Assembly (NCBI RefSeq): GCF_009914755.1
Contig: NC_060926.1
Source: the human T2T-CHM13v2.0 reference genome, Homo sapiens
DNA: 64,000 nt
Direction: 5' to 3' (one strand)
Shown here in pieces: positions 45,541-61,653 of the stretch (the stretch's first letter is position 1; each line of letters begins with the position of its first letter). Made by a program: the position numbers and the translations under genes. The notes beneath the pieces were generated by a model. It searched no databases and was not told the origin of the DNA. It saw only the letters and a list, made by a program, of their open reading frames with translations.

Positions 45541-47825
45541 CTAATCAGGAAGAGACTGGGGAGGGGTGGCTTTATGAGACAGGGTGAGATATCTCATTCC
45601 TCATATTGTATAGTTGAAAAGAAAGTGTCATCAGGTAGGGGGAAGCAACCTCACATATGCTTACCAATGGAACAAACTGTAACCAAATTACAAAGACATA
45701 AAAACAGCTGGGACAGGGTAAAAGTGACTCACATTTGAATGTTCACAGCCTCCCTCTTTTGTACTCCCTTTGGTTTGCCAAAAGAGAATCATAATTGTCA
45801 GCCCAATACCACTACCTTCTTAAAAAAGGAGGCCGTGCCTTTCCACATAATAAAGAAATGGGGACAAGGAGTTGAGGAAGAGGGAGAATATAAATGAATC
45901 AAGAGCAAGTAGCAAGGAGGTTTTGGGAGACCATGAGAGAGAGAGTTGGTCCAAGCAATTATAGAGTGTGGTAGGTATTGGAAGGAGGAGAAAGTAAGAG
46001 TGTAGCTGTGTTGCTGTTAATCATGTCTTTTGATTTTCTTTGTGGTTTATATAAAATGTTAGTAAGAGATTTCAAGTACTTTAAAATTAGTTTTTGTTGC
46101 TGGGCTGTGTGCTCTCAACTGTAACATAACTCTTCAACTAAGAGACATACATCATTAATAAGAAGGGTTCCACAACACACAATAAAATGACCCAAATCCT
46201 GAAGGCCGACTGAGGCTACCTTTAAAGACTTCAATGTCTCCCAAATGCCATCCTTTTCCTCCTTGGGAGAAAGGGCAACAGATAGAAGCCCGACTCAGCC
46301 ACCTCCTTACATTTTAAAATGTTTTCCAAAAGTGACAATGACCCAGGGCCAAAGACTTGGATAGTCATTCCCTTCTCCCTGAACTCCAGCCATCTAATCA
46401 TGCCTGGAATCTCCACTAAGGAGAATATGGAGGAGTGAGAGCCACCCTTCAGAAGTACAGCTGTGTCTATCTAAAACCACATTCTGCTGGCAATAACCAG
46501 CATTCTGGGCACATGAATATTAGGAAATGGATATGCGAAGAGTCACACACCAGAAATCTTCTCCTGTATTTCCACAGAAAAAGGATAATAACAAAATGAG
46601 ATCTGTGGTAAAGGAAGTGAATTCATCAGAGCAAGGGCCAGGAACTGAATACCTTTCTCCCATTAGAAAAATTTACTGGTTGGGAATCTTAATGAAAACC
46701 AGCAGGAAGACTTGGCCTAGGAGTTCTTACTGACATGTATTCAAGCTGCTGCCTCTCTCCCCCTCCTCTTAGATAACATGTTTCCTCCAAAGTTGAGTAG
46801 TTTTAGATGTTAAGATCACAGTTTCCAAAAGGTAGCGCCTCATGAAAAGATTGGTTAATATTAAGACATCAAAAGCATCATTCTGGTATTGTGCAGAAAC
46901 ATTAAACAGGTAGAATTATGACTGTTGTGAGTAACTGAATTGTCCTGAGTGTCCTAAGCTACTAGAGGAAAGATATTTTGTAAAACCAACATTTAACCAG
47001 GTTGAAATCCATAAATTGGATATGAAGGGACAGCCACAATGAAGATGTTTCATATCTTATTCTGGGTGTGGGCTGGGATTTTTGTATAACTACTTATTAC
47101 CAACCATTATAAAGACAAATCATATATTAAAAATTAAAATATAAAATTTAATTTAAAAATAAAATAATAATAAAATGGTAAAGTATTAAAGTTGCAAAAG
47201 AAAGTAAAAATATTTGTAATAAAAGATTCAGGAAACCAAGATCTTAATTCATTAACATTTTAAAAAGTGATTAAAAAGTAAGAATTGACATTTTAAATAA
47301 TTAAGAATAAAAAGGGAGAAAGAAAGCTAATACCAGAGATACTAAAAGTTAAGAGGCCCAAACAATGAATTTATAAAGTTTTAAATTATGAAAAACTAGA
47401 TTATGATAAACCAGAAAATTGTGAGAGAATTTAAAATAAGACATAAGAGATATGAAGAGAATCATGAAATGACTAAATAATAAAAATGAGGAATTTCAAA
47501 TCAAGAAACTTGAGAGACTCAAAAGAAGGTGGAAGATAAAATATAGGGGGAATAATGAAAGAAAACTCAAAGCAAAACAAAACAAAAGAACAAAAAAACT
47601 TTGAATACCGAAATATGCTAAAGAAATGCAAAGATACCTTAATTTTGTTAGTTTCCTTTCTCTTTTAAATTGATAAAGAAACTCTTGATACAACTAAAAC
47701 ATCAGCACTGGAAACAGCCAAATGCAGGCAAGTACTTGCCTTAAGACTTCTTTAAGACTTTTCTTAAGACTTCTTCAGACTTTGTTAAAAATAACTTACT
47801 GTAGTCTTATAGCACAACCTTACAG

Positions 47826-48080
47826 TATAAGTGGGAGCTAAACATTGAGTACACATGGACACAAAGAAGGGATCAATGGACACGGTGGCCTACCTGAGGG
47901 TGGAGAGTGGGAGGTGGCTGAGGATTGAAAAACTACCTATCACATACTATGCTTATTACCTGGGTAACAAAATAATCTGTACAACAAACCCCCGTGACAC
48001 ACAATTTACCCATGTAACAAACCTGCACATGTACTCCCTGAACCTAAAATAAAAGTTAGAAAAATATAAAATAAATACAT
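47826..48080 (+). mobile_element. L1PA15/16-like 3' end
   Basis: tataagtgggagctaaacattgagtacacatggacacaaagaaggg...ctgaacctaaaataaaagtt. Confidence 0.88.
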
Positions 48081-48124
48081 TTCAACAACAATAAAAAGAG
48101 ACAAAGAAGAGGAACACCCCTAAA

Positions 48125-48270
48125 CCAGCAGTTCTCAACCTTGGATGCATCTGGACGATTTTGAAAAGTACTTATGTAATGCCTCATCCCACACCAAATA
48201 ATCTGGAATGTCTTGCAATGGGTCCCCAGATGATTTTTAACCTGCAACCAAGGTTGAAAACTACCGCCTT
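48125..48270. mobile_element. MER5A-like MITE
   Basis: Terminal inverted repeats cagcagttctcaaccttgg / ccaaggttgaaaactaccg. Confidence 0.7.
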
Positions 48271-48580
48271 AAACTCTAGGCCTTCAACATGTGCCCGGGT
48301 ACTCAAATTCCCAGCATTGAACATGTTTTTAAGCTTTATGCACAACTAAAATAGGTTAACAATATCTTCATCAGGTCAACAAGTATTCCAAGTTCGCTCC
48401 CTGGTCATGCAGATTCCATGAGACCATCATCTCTCCATGTTCAGAAGAGTTTTTCAAATGATAGCTGCAAACTGAAAATTGAGGTCTTTGAGACAGGTGA
48501 GCTTATTCTAAGCTGCCTTTAAAAAGATTTGATCAGATGCAACTTGAAATCATGGAATGAGTTCAAAATACCGTAAAACA

Positions 48581-48613
48581 GTGCACCACCTGGTGATTAT
48601 ATTGGAAGTTGCA
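48581..48613 (-). promoter_or_regulatory. Candidate CTCF site (core plus upstream motif)
   Basis: Minus strand tgcaacttcc-aatata-atcaccaggtggtgcac. Confidence 0.45.
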
Positions 48614-48659
48614 AAATCCATGGCTCTAATTTCTCAGTAGCATAATTAATGGTACACAG

Positions 48660-48825
48660 TAATGACTGCACATCAGTACCACCTGGGTAACTTTAACACT
48701 ATCAATACCTAGGCACTCCCAGAGATTCTGACTGAATTGATCAGGGGTAGAACATGGGCATAGATATTTTTTAAAAGCTTCCTAGATAATTTTAATCTTA
48801 GCTATAATTGAGAATCCCTGAACTA
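48660..48825. mobile_element. MER5A-like MITE
   Basis: gactgcacatcagtaccacctggg...cccagagattctgactgaattg...aaagcttcctagataatttt. Confidence 0.7.
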
Positions 48826-49129
48826 TGAAAACACCAACAAAGTCTTCCTCGGCCCTACTCCAAACCTGCCTTTGAGATGACCATTCGCTTTCCATCCATT
48901 TTCCATGCAGCTGAATACAGAAGCAGGAAATCTGCGACTCACTATGGAAATCATTTTCTACTGAGAGACAGACTTGTCAAGAAGCTAAGCTTTCTCGTTT
49001 AAAAGCATTTCTCAGTTTGGAATCCCTGATATTGTACCTAAGTCAGTTTAATTAGAGTTGGGTTTTCTCAAAGTTCTTTGCTCATAAATTTAACACCAAT
49101 CATCTGGGTCTCTTCTATATGTGCCCACT

Positions 49130-49790
49130 CCCACTTATTCATTCATTTAACAAGCATTAACAGGGCAATTACAATTTGCCAGGCAATGTGCATAGGTGCT
49201 GACAGCGGAGAGATAAAATAGAAACAGACAGAAAAGGTAATTACAATCCTCTGGTTTGTTATATAATGAAGGAAGCACAAGGTACTGTGAAGGTACCCAG
49301 ATAGGAGAGCCAATGAGAAAGTCTTTTACTATGTACAAAATGAGTGAGGGTTTTCTAAACAAAGACAGGAGGCATGAGGACTCCAGGCAGAGGGAGTAAT
49401 TTATGCAAAGGCCTGGAGGTATTAAGAGAGTAATACATTAGGAGTAGTTCTATATGCTGAATAGTATAGAGAGTGGAGAGGCATTAAGTTGGAGAAATAG
49501 GCAAGAGTCAGATCATGGACTTCCATAGTTTTGGATTTACATTATAATGAGGACTGTGCAGGAACAACATGACACATTTTAAGTTAGAAAAAAATACTTA
49601 CTGAGCAAGAGTAAGACTAGATTAGAGAATATCAGTTGGAAGGTTACTCTAATCATCTAGGCAAGAACACAGACGGTCCTGAATCAAGCGAGGGTTACTG
49701 GGAGCAGAAACAAGCACCAAATGGGATCTATTAAGAAGATAGAAACAGCAGGATTTTACTCCTAGAGGAATACGTTGAGTGTAGAGAAAG
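49130..49790 (-). mobile_element. L2 fragment
   Basis: ttattcattcatttaacaagcatt...tgcaaaggcctggagg...gagtcagatcatgga. Confidence 0.75.
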
Positions 49791-50042
49791 GGCTCTGTCT
49801 AGCCTCATTTAAGTGACCTTGATTTGAAAATAAACATTCAAAGGCAACCAATGCATGTTGCAGGAATGAATGTAGGCATTCGGGGCTCCTGTGGGGATGG
49901 AGTCCTTAGGGACACTAATATTCAAGAGTGAAGCAAGACCCCTTTGTCAGTTAAGCATGTTGCTGTACACTTTCCCCACATTTTGGTTTCTCTTTTTACT
50001 CAATATTGTCACTTAATGAACAGAATGATTCTAATTTTAAGG

Positions 50043-50055
50043 TAGACAGACAGAC

Positions 50056-50086
<31 letters not shown>

Positions 50087-50120
50087 TAGATAGATAAATA
50101 GGTGAATAATAGATAAATAG
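50043..50120. repeat. Compound (GACA)/(GATA)/(GA) microsatellite
   Basis: Direct read. Confidence 0.9.
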
Positions 50121-51615
50121 CTATTTTTTTCCCTTTATGATTAGTGATTCTGTGTACTCTTTTGGAAGTATTCTCTGCTACAAAATCATGAAATTATCCT
50201 ATTACGTCATCATCTTGCGGACACTTTAATGTCTTACCTTTTGAAATTAGACATATAATCCTCAAGGAATTGATTTCTGTGCTTAGTGTGAGGAGAGTCA
50301 AGATTCTTCTTTTTTCTTTCTATATGTATATCCAATTGCTCTAATATCATTTATTGGAAGTACTTTTTTCTCCCACATCCCTGAAGCGTCCACACGTGTT
50401 TGGTTCTGTTTGTGGACTCTTTGTTCTGCACCATGGTCTATTAGTTTCTTCTTGCCTGAGTGGCACACTGTTTTCATTAATGTAGCTTTATAAGGAGCTT
50501 GAAATCCAGTGATAGAAGTTCTTTAAATCCTTCTTGTTCAGAAGGCCTTAGTTGTTCTTGACTATTTGCATTTCATATAAATTTTGAAATCAGATTTCCA
50601 ATTAACATAAAAATCCCTGGAGAAATTTAAACTAGGATAACATTGAATCTATAAATCTAATGTGAGGAAAATGCATCTTTAAAACATTAAGGCTTCTAAT
50701 TCATGAAAGTGGTATAATTCCTGTATATATTTAGGTTTTCTTTATGTTTCTATAATATGTTATAGTTTTATGGTACCTGCATTAGATTACTTATTAGATT
50801 TCTCCCAAGGTGCTTGATATTTTTGGGGCTATGGTTAATGGTATCTTCTTAAGACACACTTTATTGAGGAAAAATTCTCTCACAACAAAACGCACAGAAT
50901 TTAAGTGAATAATTGACAAATTTGACAAATGTCACACCAAAACAATCAAGAGATAGAACATTTTCTTATCCTCCAAAATTGTTTTGTCCCTTTGTAGTTG
51001 TTCAAATCCCACTCCCTCACTAGTCAACCACTTATCACATTAGATTAATTTGTCTAGTTCTAAAATTTCACATACATAGAATTATATATCATGTATCCCT
51101 TGGTCTGGCCTCTTTCACTTAGCATATTTTTGAGATTCGTTTGTGTTGTTGGATGTAATCCATTTCATTTTGTTGCTGAAGAGTGTTTCATTGTATGGAT
51201 ATATCACAATTTGTTTGCCATTCAGCAGAGTGGTTGGAATAGTTTACATCTCAAGCAGTAAGGTATAGCTGAGAGTACAGTTGTCCCATGTCCTTGCCAA
51301 CATTTCTTGTTCTATTTCTTTTCTTTCTTTTTTTTTTTTTTTTTGCTTTTTTTATACTGGTAAGAACTCCATAGAAATGGTAAATATAATTGTTAATAGT
51401 TATAATTGTTCCCATTCTCAGAGAGAAAAGCTTTCAACTTTTAAACATTGCGTATGAGTGATTTTTGTTGTAGATTTTAAAATCTGGATTTTTAAATCAG
51501 ATTAAGAAGACTTCCTTCTCAGTTTATGTGTTTTAAGAAATTATATATCAGCATTGACTTTTCCAAGTGCATTTTTGGCTTTATTTATGTGATTGTATGA
51601 TTTTTCTCTATTTTA

Positions 51616-52142
<527 letters not shown>

Positions 52143-52152
52143 ATATGGATAC

Positions 52153-53087
52153 TGTAAACTAAAAATAAAATTCTAAGCTCCCCATCAACTGAATGCACCC
52201 ATTTTGGCCAAGGGGATTCCAGAAAACCTTTAAAAACTTAGTTCCTAGCCACGAGGGCTTGGGAGGTCAGATATGTCAGTAATTACTTTTTATTCCCTCT
52301 CCCTTTTATCACTGGACACAACAACTGACCAACATTAATGTTAAAGTAAAGATCATAGAACAGACTTTTTGTGGCAATAAGATACCAGATTATAAAGAAG
52401 ACCTACGGCCATGCCAGGCAAGGGTTAAGTCATGCACCCCCTACGCTTAAAGAATAACTGTGTCCTAACTGCTGCAAGGGTCTTCTTTTTCTCTAGCAGC
52501 TAAATGAGCATTGGCCTTAAAATAAACAATATTAAAACAATTACAACTCATCCAGCTCACAGGCGCTGACTAACTGACCTCCGGTTCCACCAGCCATAAC
52601 TACAGTTTTGATTGGACAAGAGACTGACTTCAGTAACTTTCCCAATAAAAGACCACTAACTGTGGACTGTTTCTGGCCGGTTTACAGAAGCTACGTACTT
52701 GCATGCCTTAGGCCTGAAAAGACCTTTTCATGTAAAGGGCCTAATTTTAATATATTTAAATATTAAGTCTCCACCCCAAAATGAATGTATAAACATGAGT
52801 CATATGTTTCATGTATGTTTGTTCAATCCACATGTGTTAGAACCATCTTCATGAATATTCATAGCTCCTCCTGTAACATGTTGAATATGAATGTTTCGCC
52901 AACCCATTCAGCATAAATCTCTTGCCCCAACCCTTCGCCTTCCAAGTGCCTGTCTCTGGTCTTGGCTGGAGACTATGCTTCCCAGCTTATGGGATGGTTA
53001 CCTTGCAGGCTGTAACCCCTTATAAGAAATAATATCTCCTTCCCTTTTCTAAATGTATACATATTGTGTTTTTCTTTTAAGTTAATA
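52153..53087 (+). mobile_element. MER4D-like ERV1 solo LTR
   Basis: tgtaaactaaaaataaaattctaag...ggccatgccaggcaagggttaagtcatgcacccc...accttgcaggctgtaacccc. Confidence 0.88.
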
Positions 53088-53535
53088 CTCTTTAAAATAT
53101 TAAACCAACAGTGGATTTCTAATATTAATGCAATTTTATCATGATTTTATATATCACTGGATTGTGTTTGATAGCATTTTGTTTAGAATTTTTGCATCTA
53201 TATTTATTTAAAATATTTATCTTTAATTTTTTTCTGGTAAAGTGTTTTCAAGTTTAGGAATCAAGATTATGCTGACCTCATAAAATTAGTTGTGAGATGT
53301 TTCTCTTTTTTGTTTGGATGTATTTGAGTCATTTTTTCCCCTGAACATCTGATGGAAATCATCAGGAAAATCAACTGGGCCTGGTGTTTCGTTATGGAAA
53401 GGTTTTGATTACAGATACAATTTATATAGTAGACAGGGAACAATTCAGATTTTCTCTTTTCTCCTGTTTTAGTTTTAGTAGCTTGTGTTTTTCTATATAT
53501 TTTCTCACTTCATCTAAATTTTTAATGTTTTTAAC

Positions 53536-53932
53536 TGAATTAGGTCATTCTTGCACTGCTATAAAGAAATACCTGTGACTGGTTAATTTATAAGACAAGA
53601 GATTTAATTAGCTCACAGTTCTTCAGGCTGTACAGGAAGCATAGCAGCATCTGCTTCTGGGGAGACCTCAGCAAGCTTCCAATCATGGCAAAAGGCAGGG
53701 GGAGAAGAAGTCACATGACATGGTGAGAACAGGAGCAAGAAAGTGGGTGAGGTGCCACACACTTTTAAGTGACAAGATCTCATGAGAACTCACTCACTAT
53801 CACAAAGACAGTACAAAGCCATGAGGTATCTGCCCCCATGACCCAAACACCTCTCACCAGGACTCACCTCCAACATTGGGGATTACAATTCAACATGAGA
53901 TCTGGGTGGGGACAAATATCCACACTATACCA
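53536..53932 (-). mobile_element. MSTA/B MaLR LTR
   Basis: gctataaagaaatacctg...ctcatgagaactcactcactatcac...attacaattcaacatgagat. Confidence 0.9.
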
Positions 53933-54834
53933 CTGACATACAGTTGTTCAGAGTAGTCTCTTGTTATATTTCTAATGTGATGTTCATCTTTTCATTCCTG
54001 ATATTGATTATTTGCCACTTCTTTCTTTTTTCTTGATTGGACTTGTTAAGTGTTTACATGAACTTTTGGCTCTATTGAGCCTCTAATTTATACTAGTTTT
54101 CCATTTCACAAATTATGCACTTATTATTTATTATTATTTTCTCCCTTTTACTAATAATTATTTTTCTATTCTTACAGTCATTTTTAAAATGGATATCTAT
54201 ATCATTCATGTATTCTCAGCCTTTCTTTTTCTTTTAATACTATACGCATATAAAGCCCAAGTTTTCTTTAATGCAAAGTTTACGTACATCCTACAGTGTT
54301 AGATATGTAAATATTTTAGTTGTCAGTCAGTTGAAAATATGTTCTAATTTCCATTGGGATTTTTTGTTCTACCCAAGAGTTATTTAGAATTATCTTGCTT
54401 AATTTTCAAATGTATTTTTTACTTATTATTTTATTAGCCCTTTTTAAAGTAAAGGTTATGTTTTTGATATAGAGAAAAATTACAAAGATAGTACAGAGTT
54501 CCCATATACCCAACACCCACTTTCTCCTGTCATTAGCATCTAGCATTAGTATGGTACATTTATAACAATTAATGAAACAATATTGATACATTATTACTAA
54601 CCAACATCCACATTTTATTCAGATTTCCTGTCTTTATCTGATGTTCTTTTTCTGTTTCAAGATTCCATCCAGAATATCACATTATATCTTGGTCATTGTG
54701 TCTCCTTAGGCTCCTCTTGGCTGTGACAATTTCTCAGATTTTCCTGCATCTGGTGACCTTCATAGTTTTGAAGAGTGCTGGTCAGGTATTGGTAGAACAT
54801 ACCTCAATCAGAATTTGTCTGACATTTTTCTTAG

Positions 54835-55258
<424 letters not shown>

Positions 55259-55701
55259 GACTTTTTATTGTTAATGTTGACCTTGATCACCTGGCTGAGG
55301 CAGCATTTGTCAGGTTTCTCAACTGCAGTTAGTCTCTTTCCCCTTTTCCATACTATCATCTTTGGAAGGAAGTCAATATGTGCAGCTCACACTTAAGGAG
55401 TAGAGAGTTAGGCACTATCTCTTTGAGGGTGGCCTATCTACATAAATTATTTTGAATTCTTCTGCACAGGAGATTTATTTTTTCTTCCTGCTTTAATTTA
55501 TATCAGTATGAACTCATGAATGTTTATTTTATACTTTGAGTTAAAATGCAATACTACTTTATTTAGTTGCTCAAATTATTTCAGCTTTGGCCTTTGGGAA
55601 TTCTTTCAGCTGGCCCTTTTGTCCTTTTGACATATCTCAATTTTTGTGCTTATGTATTTAATTTTTTATAAGATGTTCTAGGTTCAACTTGTATATTTTC
55701 T

Positions 55702-55996
<295 letters not shown>

Positions 55997-58900
55997 ATCT
56001 TGTATATTTTCTGCCCAGTCCTAGAATCCACAATTTCTCCTAGGATCCCTGGTTCCTTTTATTGGCAAATGGTAATAGACACCAAGATCTGGGTGCTAAG
56101 TGTGCTCATGGCTACTGAGGTGCTGTTTCTATGCTTTCTAAGCAGACAGAAAAAGGAAATATATATGTGTGTACTAACCTGGGCATATGTACATATTAAA
56201 ATATTTTTATGTTACCATATATATTTATATTAAGCTAAACATAAGCTCATACTGATATCTCCAACTCTAATCCATTACCACATGGATAATTCTAGCCTTT
56301 TCCCTTTGTTTATTGGTAACTTCCCACTCCAACAGAGAGAAACCTGGCTCCCATCATCTGCCATGCATTTACTCAATGCCATATGTATATAGTGGTATCA
56401 GAATTATTAACCTATATCTATAGGAAACAAATATATCAATTATAGTACAGTAATTGTGAGTAGTTCCTTTTGCCTTTAATCTTACAAATGCCACTCATTT
56501 TGAAAGTTATTAGGTCAATACATTTTCCTTTATCCCATTTAGTGAGATTGTTTTATATATTAGTAATACAGTTAAATTCTTTTGTCACATTCTGCCTTTC
56601 ATCTTGTGATCTCCTGGATTCCTAATTTTTAAAATTTGCATACATTGTTTTATTTTTGTGCTGTGTAGTTCTATGAGTTTGACAAATGCTTAGTGTCATT
56701 ACACTATCATTCAGAATAGTCTCACTGTCCTAAAAAAATTCCCTGCATTCCACTTATTGAACCTTCCCCACACTGAACTCTTGGCAACCACTAACCTGTT
56801 TACTATCTCTATAAATTTTCCTCCTTCAGAATGTCACATAAATTGAATAAATCATACAGTGTGTAGCCTTTTAGTCTGTCTTTCTTCACTTCACAATATG
56901 CATTTAAGATCCATGTATGCCTTTTTATGACTTGACAGTGCATTTATTTTTATTGATGAATAGTGTACCATTGTATAGATGAACACCAGTTTATTTATTC
57001 AGCTATTGAAAGAACATGTTAGCTACTTTCAGGTTTTGGTTATCATAAATAAAGCTTCTATAAACATTCACATACAGATTTTGCATGGACATAAGTTTTC
57101 AAATCAGTTAGGTAAATACCTATGGGCACGATTGCTGAGTCATGTGGTAAGACTATGTTCAGATGTGTATAAAGCTGCCAAGCTGTTTTCCAAACTGGCT
57201 GTACCATTTTGCATTCCTTCCAACAAAGAATGAGGATTCCTTTTATTCTGCATCCTGTCTGTACTTGGTGGTGGTGTTTTTTTGTTTTTCTATTTTTTTG
57301 CCATTAAATCAGGTATATGGTAGCATTTCATTGTTGTTTTAATTTGCATTTCCCAAATGACAAATGAATTGAACATGAATATGTTTTTATATGTTACTTG
57401 TCATCTGTATATCTTCTTTGATGAGATGTCTGGTCAGATATTTTGCCAATTTTTTAATTGGGTTGTTTATTTTTTCACTGATTACTTTGAATAATTTCAG
57501 ATACCAATCCCTTTATCAGATAACTTTAGTAATGTTATCTTCCATTCTGTGGCTTGTCTTTTTATTCGCTTAACAGTGTTTTTCACAGAGCAGACATTTT
57601 AATTTTAGTAAAGTCCAAAATATCAATTTTTTATTTTATAAATTATGAATTTGGTGATGTATCTAAAATGCATTACCAAACCCAAGATCAAATAAATATT
57701 TTTTCTCATGTTTTCTTCTAGAACTTTTATAGTTTTGCATTTGGTATTTAGGTCTATGATGGATCTTGAGTTAATATTTGCGGAGGATGTAATGTCTGTG
57801 TCTAGATTAGTTTTCTAGGGTATGAAAGTTTAATTGTTTCAGTACTATTTATTAAAAATACTGTCCTTTCTCCTTTGAATTGCCTTTCCACCTTTTTTCA
57901 AAAATCAGTTTACTGTATTGGTGTGATCTAATTTCTAGCCTCTCAATTCTGTTCCTTTGATCTATGTACGCATTCTTTTGCCAACACCACATCATCTTTT
58001 TTATTAATCTTTGTATTAACTCTTGAAATCAGGTACTATGAGTTCTCTATTCTTCAGTATTGTGTTGACTATTCTGGGTCCTTTGCCTTTTCATATAAAC
58101 TTTAGAATGAGCTTGATGATACCTACAAAATTGCGTGCTGAGATTTTGATTGGGATGACGTTAAATGTATAGGTCGAATGAGAAAAAAAATTGACAGCTA
58201 TAGCCTTTCAACTCATGTGCACATAAAATATCTGCATTTACTTAGATTTTATCCAGTTTCTTTTATCATTGTTTTGTAGTGTTTGTTTGTCCTTGTTTTT
58301 TTGGTTCTGTAAAAATTTTGGTTGTTTTATATCTAAGAAATTTTTGCGTGATATTGTAATTTTTAAAAATTTCTAATTACAATTGTTGGTATATAGAATA
58401 AGAATTGACTTTGTTTATGAATTTTGTATCCTTTCACCTTACTAAACTAACTTGTTAGTTCTGGTATTTATTGGTCGTTGATTGTTCATGGTGCTCTACA
58501 TAAACAATCATGTCATTTGTCAAGAAAGGTAGTTGTATTTTTTTCTGTCCAGTATGTATATCTTAGTTTTCTTTTTCTTGTCTTATAATACTAGCTAGTA
58601 TTTCCAGTACAATATTGAATAGAAATGTGAACAAAGGATATCCTTACCTTTGTTCCTGATCTTCAGTGTAAAGCATCCAGTTTCTCACTATTAAGTATAA
58701 TACTAGCATCAAGGTCTTTTGTAGATAGTTTTTATCAAGCTCCCTTCTATTCCTGGATTCTTGTGAGTTTTTATCATGAAGATGTGTTGGATTCTTTCAA
58801 AGGTGTTTTCTGCATCAATTAATGTGATCACATGATTTTTCTTCTTTAACGTGTTTTCCTAGTGGATCACATTGATTGATTTTTCAAATTGGAATACATT

Positions 58901-60567
58901 TCACTTGGTCATTGTGTACTATTCTTTTCATACATTATTAGATTTGATTTGCTGATACTTTGGTGAGAATTTTTGTGTCTATGATTATAAGAGATATTAG
59001 TCTCTAGTTAGCCTTTATTGTAATGTCTTTAGCTGGTTTTGATACTAAAGTAATGCCGGCTCATAAAATGAGTTATAAAGTGTTTATTTTTTTTTGGCTT
59101 CTATTGCTGGAAGACATTGTGAATAATTGATATTATTTCTTGCTTAAATGTTCAGTAAAACTACCATGAAACCATCTGGGTCTGGAGCTTTCTTTTTTGG
59201 AATATTATTATTAGTCTCATTTCTTTAAAATATACAGAGCTTATTCAGGTTATCTCTTTCTCTTTGTGTACATTTCAGTAGTTTGTGTCTTTCAAATAAT
59301 TGGCCATTTCATTTAACTTGTAGGCATAAAGTTATTCTTAGTTTTTATTTATTGTATTTTTATATTCATGGAATCAGTAGTGATGACCTCTGTTTCATTT
59401 CTGATATTGGTAATTTTTGTGTTCTTTGTTTATTGGTTAATCTGACTAGAAGCTTATTAATTTTGTTTATCTTTGCAAGGAACAAGCTATGGATTTTCTC
59501 TGTTGTTACCCTGTTTTTAAATTTAATTAATTTCTGCTCTAATTTTTATTATTTTTTCTTCTGTATAATTATGCTTAAAATGTTCTTTTTTTAGTTTCCT
59601 AAGGTGAAAGATTATTACTGATCTCAGCTATTTCTTCTTTTCTAATATATGCATGAAATGCTATAAACTTCACTCTAAGCAATGCTTTCACTTTACCCAC
59701 AGATTTTAATAATATTTATTTTTATTTAGTTCAGTTTTAAAAATCTTTTTTCTTGATACCTTTTCTTTATTCCATGAGTTATCTAGAAGTGTTTTTGTTC
59801 AATTTTAAAATAGTTGAAAATACTCCAAGTACCTTTTTGTTCTTGATTTCTAGTTTAATTCCATTGTGATCTGAGAAAATACTTTGTATGATTTCTAGTT
59901 TTTCAGATTTTTAAAGGCGTCTTTCCTAGCATATAATGTGGTCTATCTTGGTGAATGTTCCATGCAAGTTTCAGAAACTTGTGTATTTTGTTGTAGTAGA
60001 TTAAGTAGTCTATAAATGTTAATTAAATCAAGTTGATTAATAGTTATGTACAAGTTATCTATATCTTTACTTATTTTCTGCCTATTGTACCTATCAATTA
60101 CCAACAAAGAGGTGTTGAGATTTCCAACTACTATAATCTCCAGTATAATAGTGGATTTGCTTATTTTTTTTTCACTTAAGTTTTATCTCATATAGTTTGA
60201 TGATCTATTTTCAGGAGCATGCAGATTTAGAATTGTTACGCAATCTTAGAGAACGTACTCCTTTATTATTGTATGATGACTCTCTTACTCTGAATAATTT
60301 TTCTAGTCCTGAAGTCTGCTCTGGCTAAAATTAATGTAGTTTATCTAGATATCTTTTAATTAGTGTTACCATGGTATATATCTTTCTTCATTGCTTTATT
60401 TTTAAACTATCTAAATCTTTATATTTAAAATGGTTTTTTGTAGACAACTTATACTTGGGTCTTGTTTTGTTATCCACTCTGATAATCTCTGTTTTTTCAT
60501 TGTTATATTTAGATCATTCTTTTGGATCTTCAGAATTTCTAAGAACAGGCTAATTCATCAAACTTTT

Positions 60568-61653
60568 TAAAAAAGTGTTTTTCATTTTACCTTTGCATGA
60601 GCACTTAAAATACATATTTCCATTTCAAGATGACAAAAATTATTCTACTATAACAGAAGCAAAAACATATTTCTGCAATTCTGCAATTATAAAAGAGCTA
60701 AACTAACTCATAATTAAATTATTTTTATGTTTACAATTGTGATTCTGAAATCAATACTACTACCCTGCAGCTCCATTTTAAGCTTTCTACATTTAGTTTA
60801 AACACACACACATACTCTCAGTTGTGGGAGGCTTTACAAGTTATATTCCACGGACTTTTTGAAAGAGTTCTAAATGAGCTAGCCAGTCCACAAGACAGGC
60901 GTTAAAAAGTTAAAATAATGAGTGAAAAGGACTCTTATATAACATCCAAAGCATGCAAGATTCTGCAGCAAACTGGGAGTGCTTCAGGTTGGGCCTGCTA
61001 TCTTCTTTAGAACTAGTTTCGTCTTAATAGTTTAAGAAAGTGGACATTTTAATACCTTCAAGTGCATTTAGGTGACGTGTTTCTTTGTGTTAATTTGACT
61101 CCCCTGAATGACCTCGTTAGTGAACTAGTCACTCATAATTTGGTCACCAGGCAAATCAAGCCTGCAAGAAAGGAAGCCAATATTCAAAATACCATATTGT
61201 CATCTGAACCCACTCCAATAATTTATTTTCAACGTAAACATACATCTTCAATAATGAGATGTCTACGAGAGCAAGCTCCTCCAAGACCAAGACAGCATCT
61301 CTTCTTTTAAGGCTTAGGTTTTGCCTAGAAGTTCCAATACATGGAGTAGCCCATACCAACAGTCATTGCTCCTGCAACAAAGCCTCTGACTGCCCTGCAC
61401 ATGTGGATCAGGTGAAGGGACATTTTAGAATTTCTCCTGCTCTTCGATTTGTCGAATCCACATGCAACAATTTCTATAAAACCTGCCAGTCCAATGGGAG
61501 AAGAATAATGCGTCTGTAGCTTTTTGAATAAGTTTGGATCTGTGATCTTCAGCATATGATGAAAGGAAAACATCTGTGTCTGTTGACATAGTGATTGCTT
61601 GAAGGATCTCCCTAGAGCAAGAAAACTCCACATAAGCCAACTGGCTTCTTCAC
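60568..61653 (-). pseudogene. HIGD1AP: Processed pseudogene of HIGD1A (HIG1 domain family member 1A); CDS remnant 61589->61307
   Basis: MSTDTDVFLSSYAEDHRSKLIQKA then +1 frameshift into PIGLAGFIEIVACG...KMSLHLIHMCRAVRGFVAGAMTVGMGYSMY; premature TAG at 61325-61327 before AKPKP*; intronless; 5'UTR and ~740 bp 3'UTR; flanking caaactttt repeats at 60559-60567 and 61654-61662. Confidence 0.95.

Noticed and set aside
45550-46130. Possible ancient LTR ending ctgtaaca; similar unexplained block at ~35050-35950
   Set aside because: Family cannot be assigned from memory; needs a Dfam search
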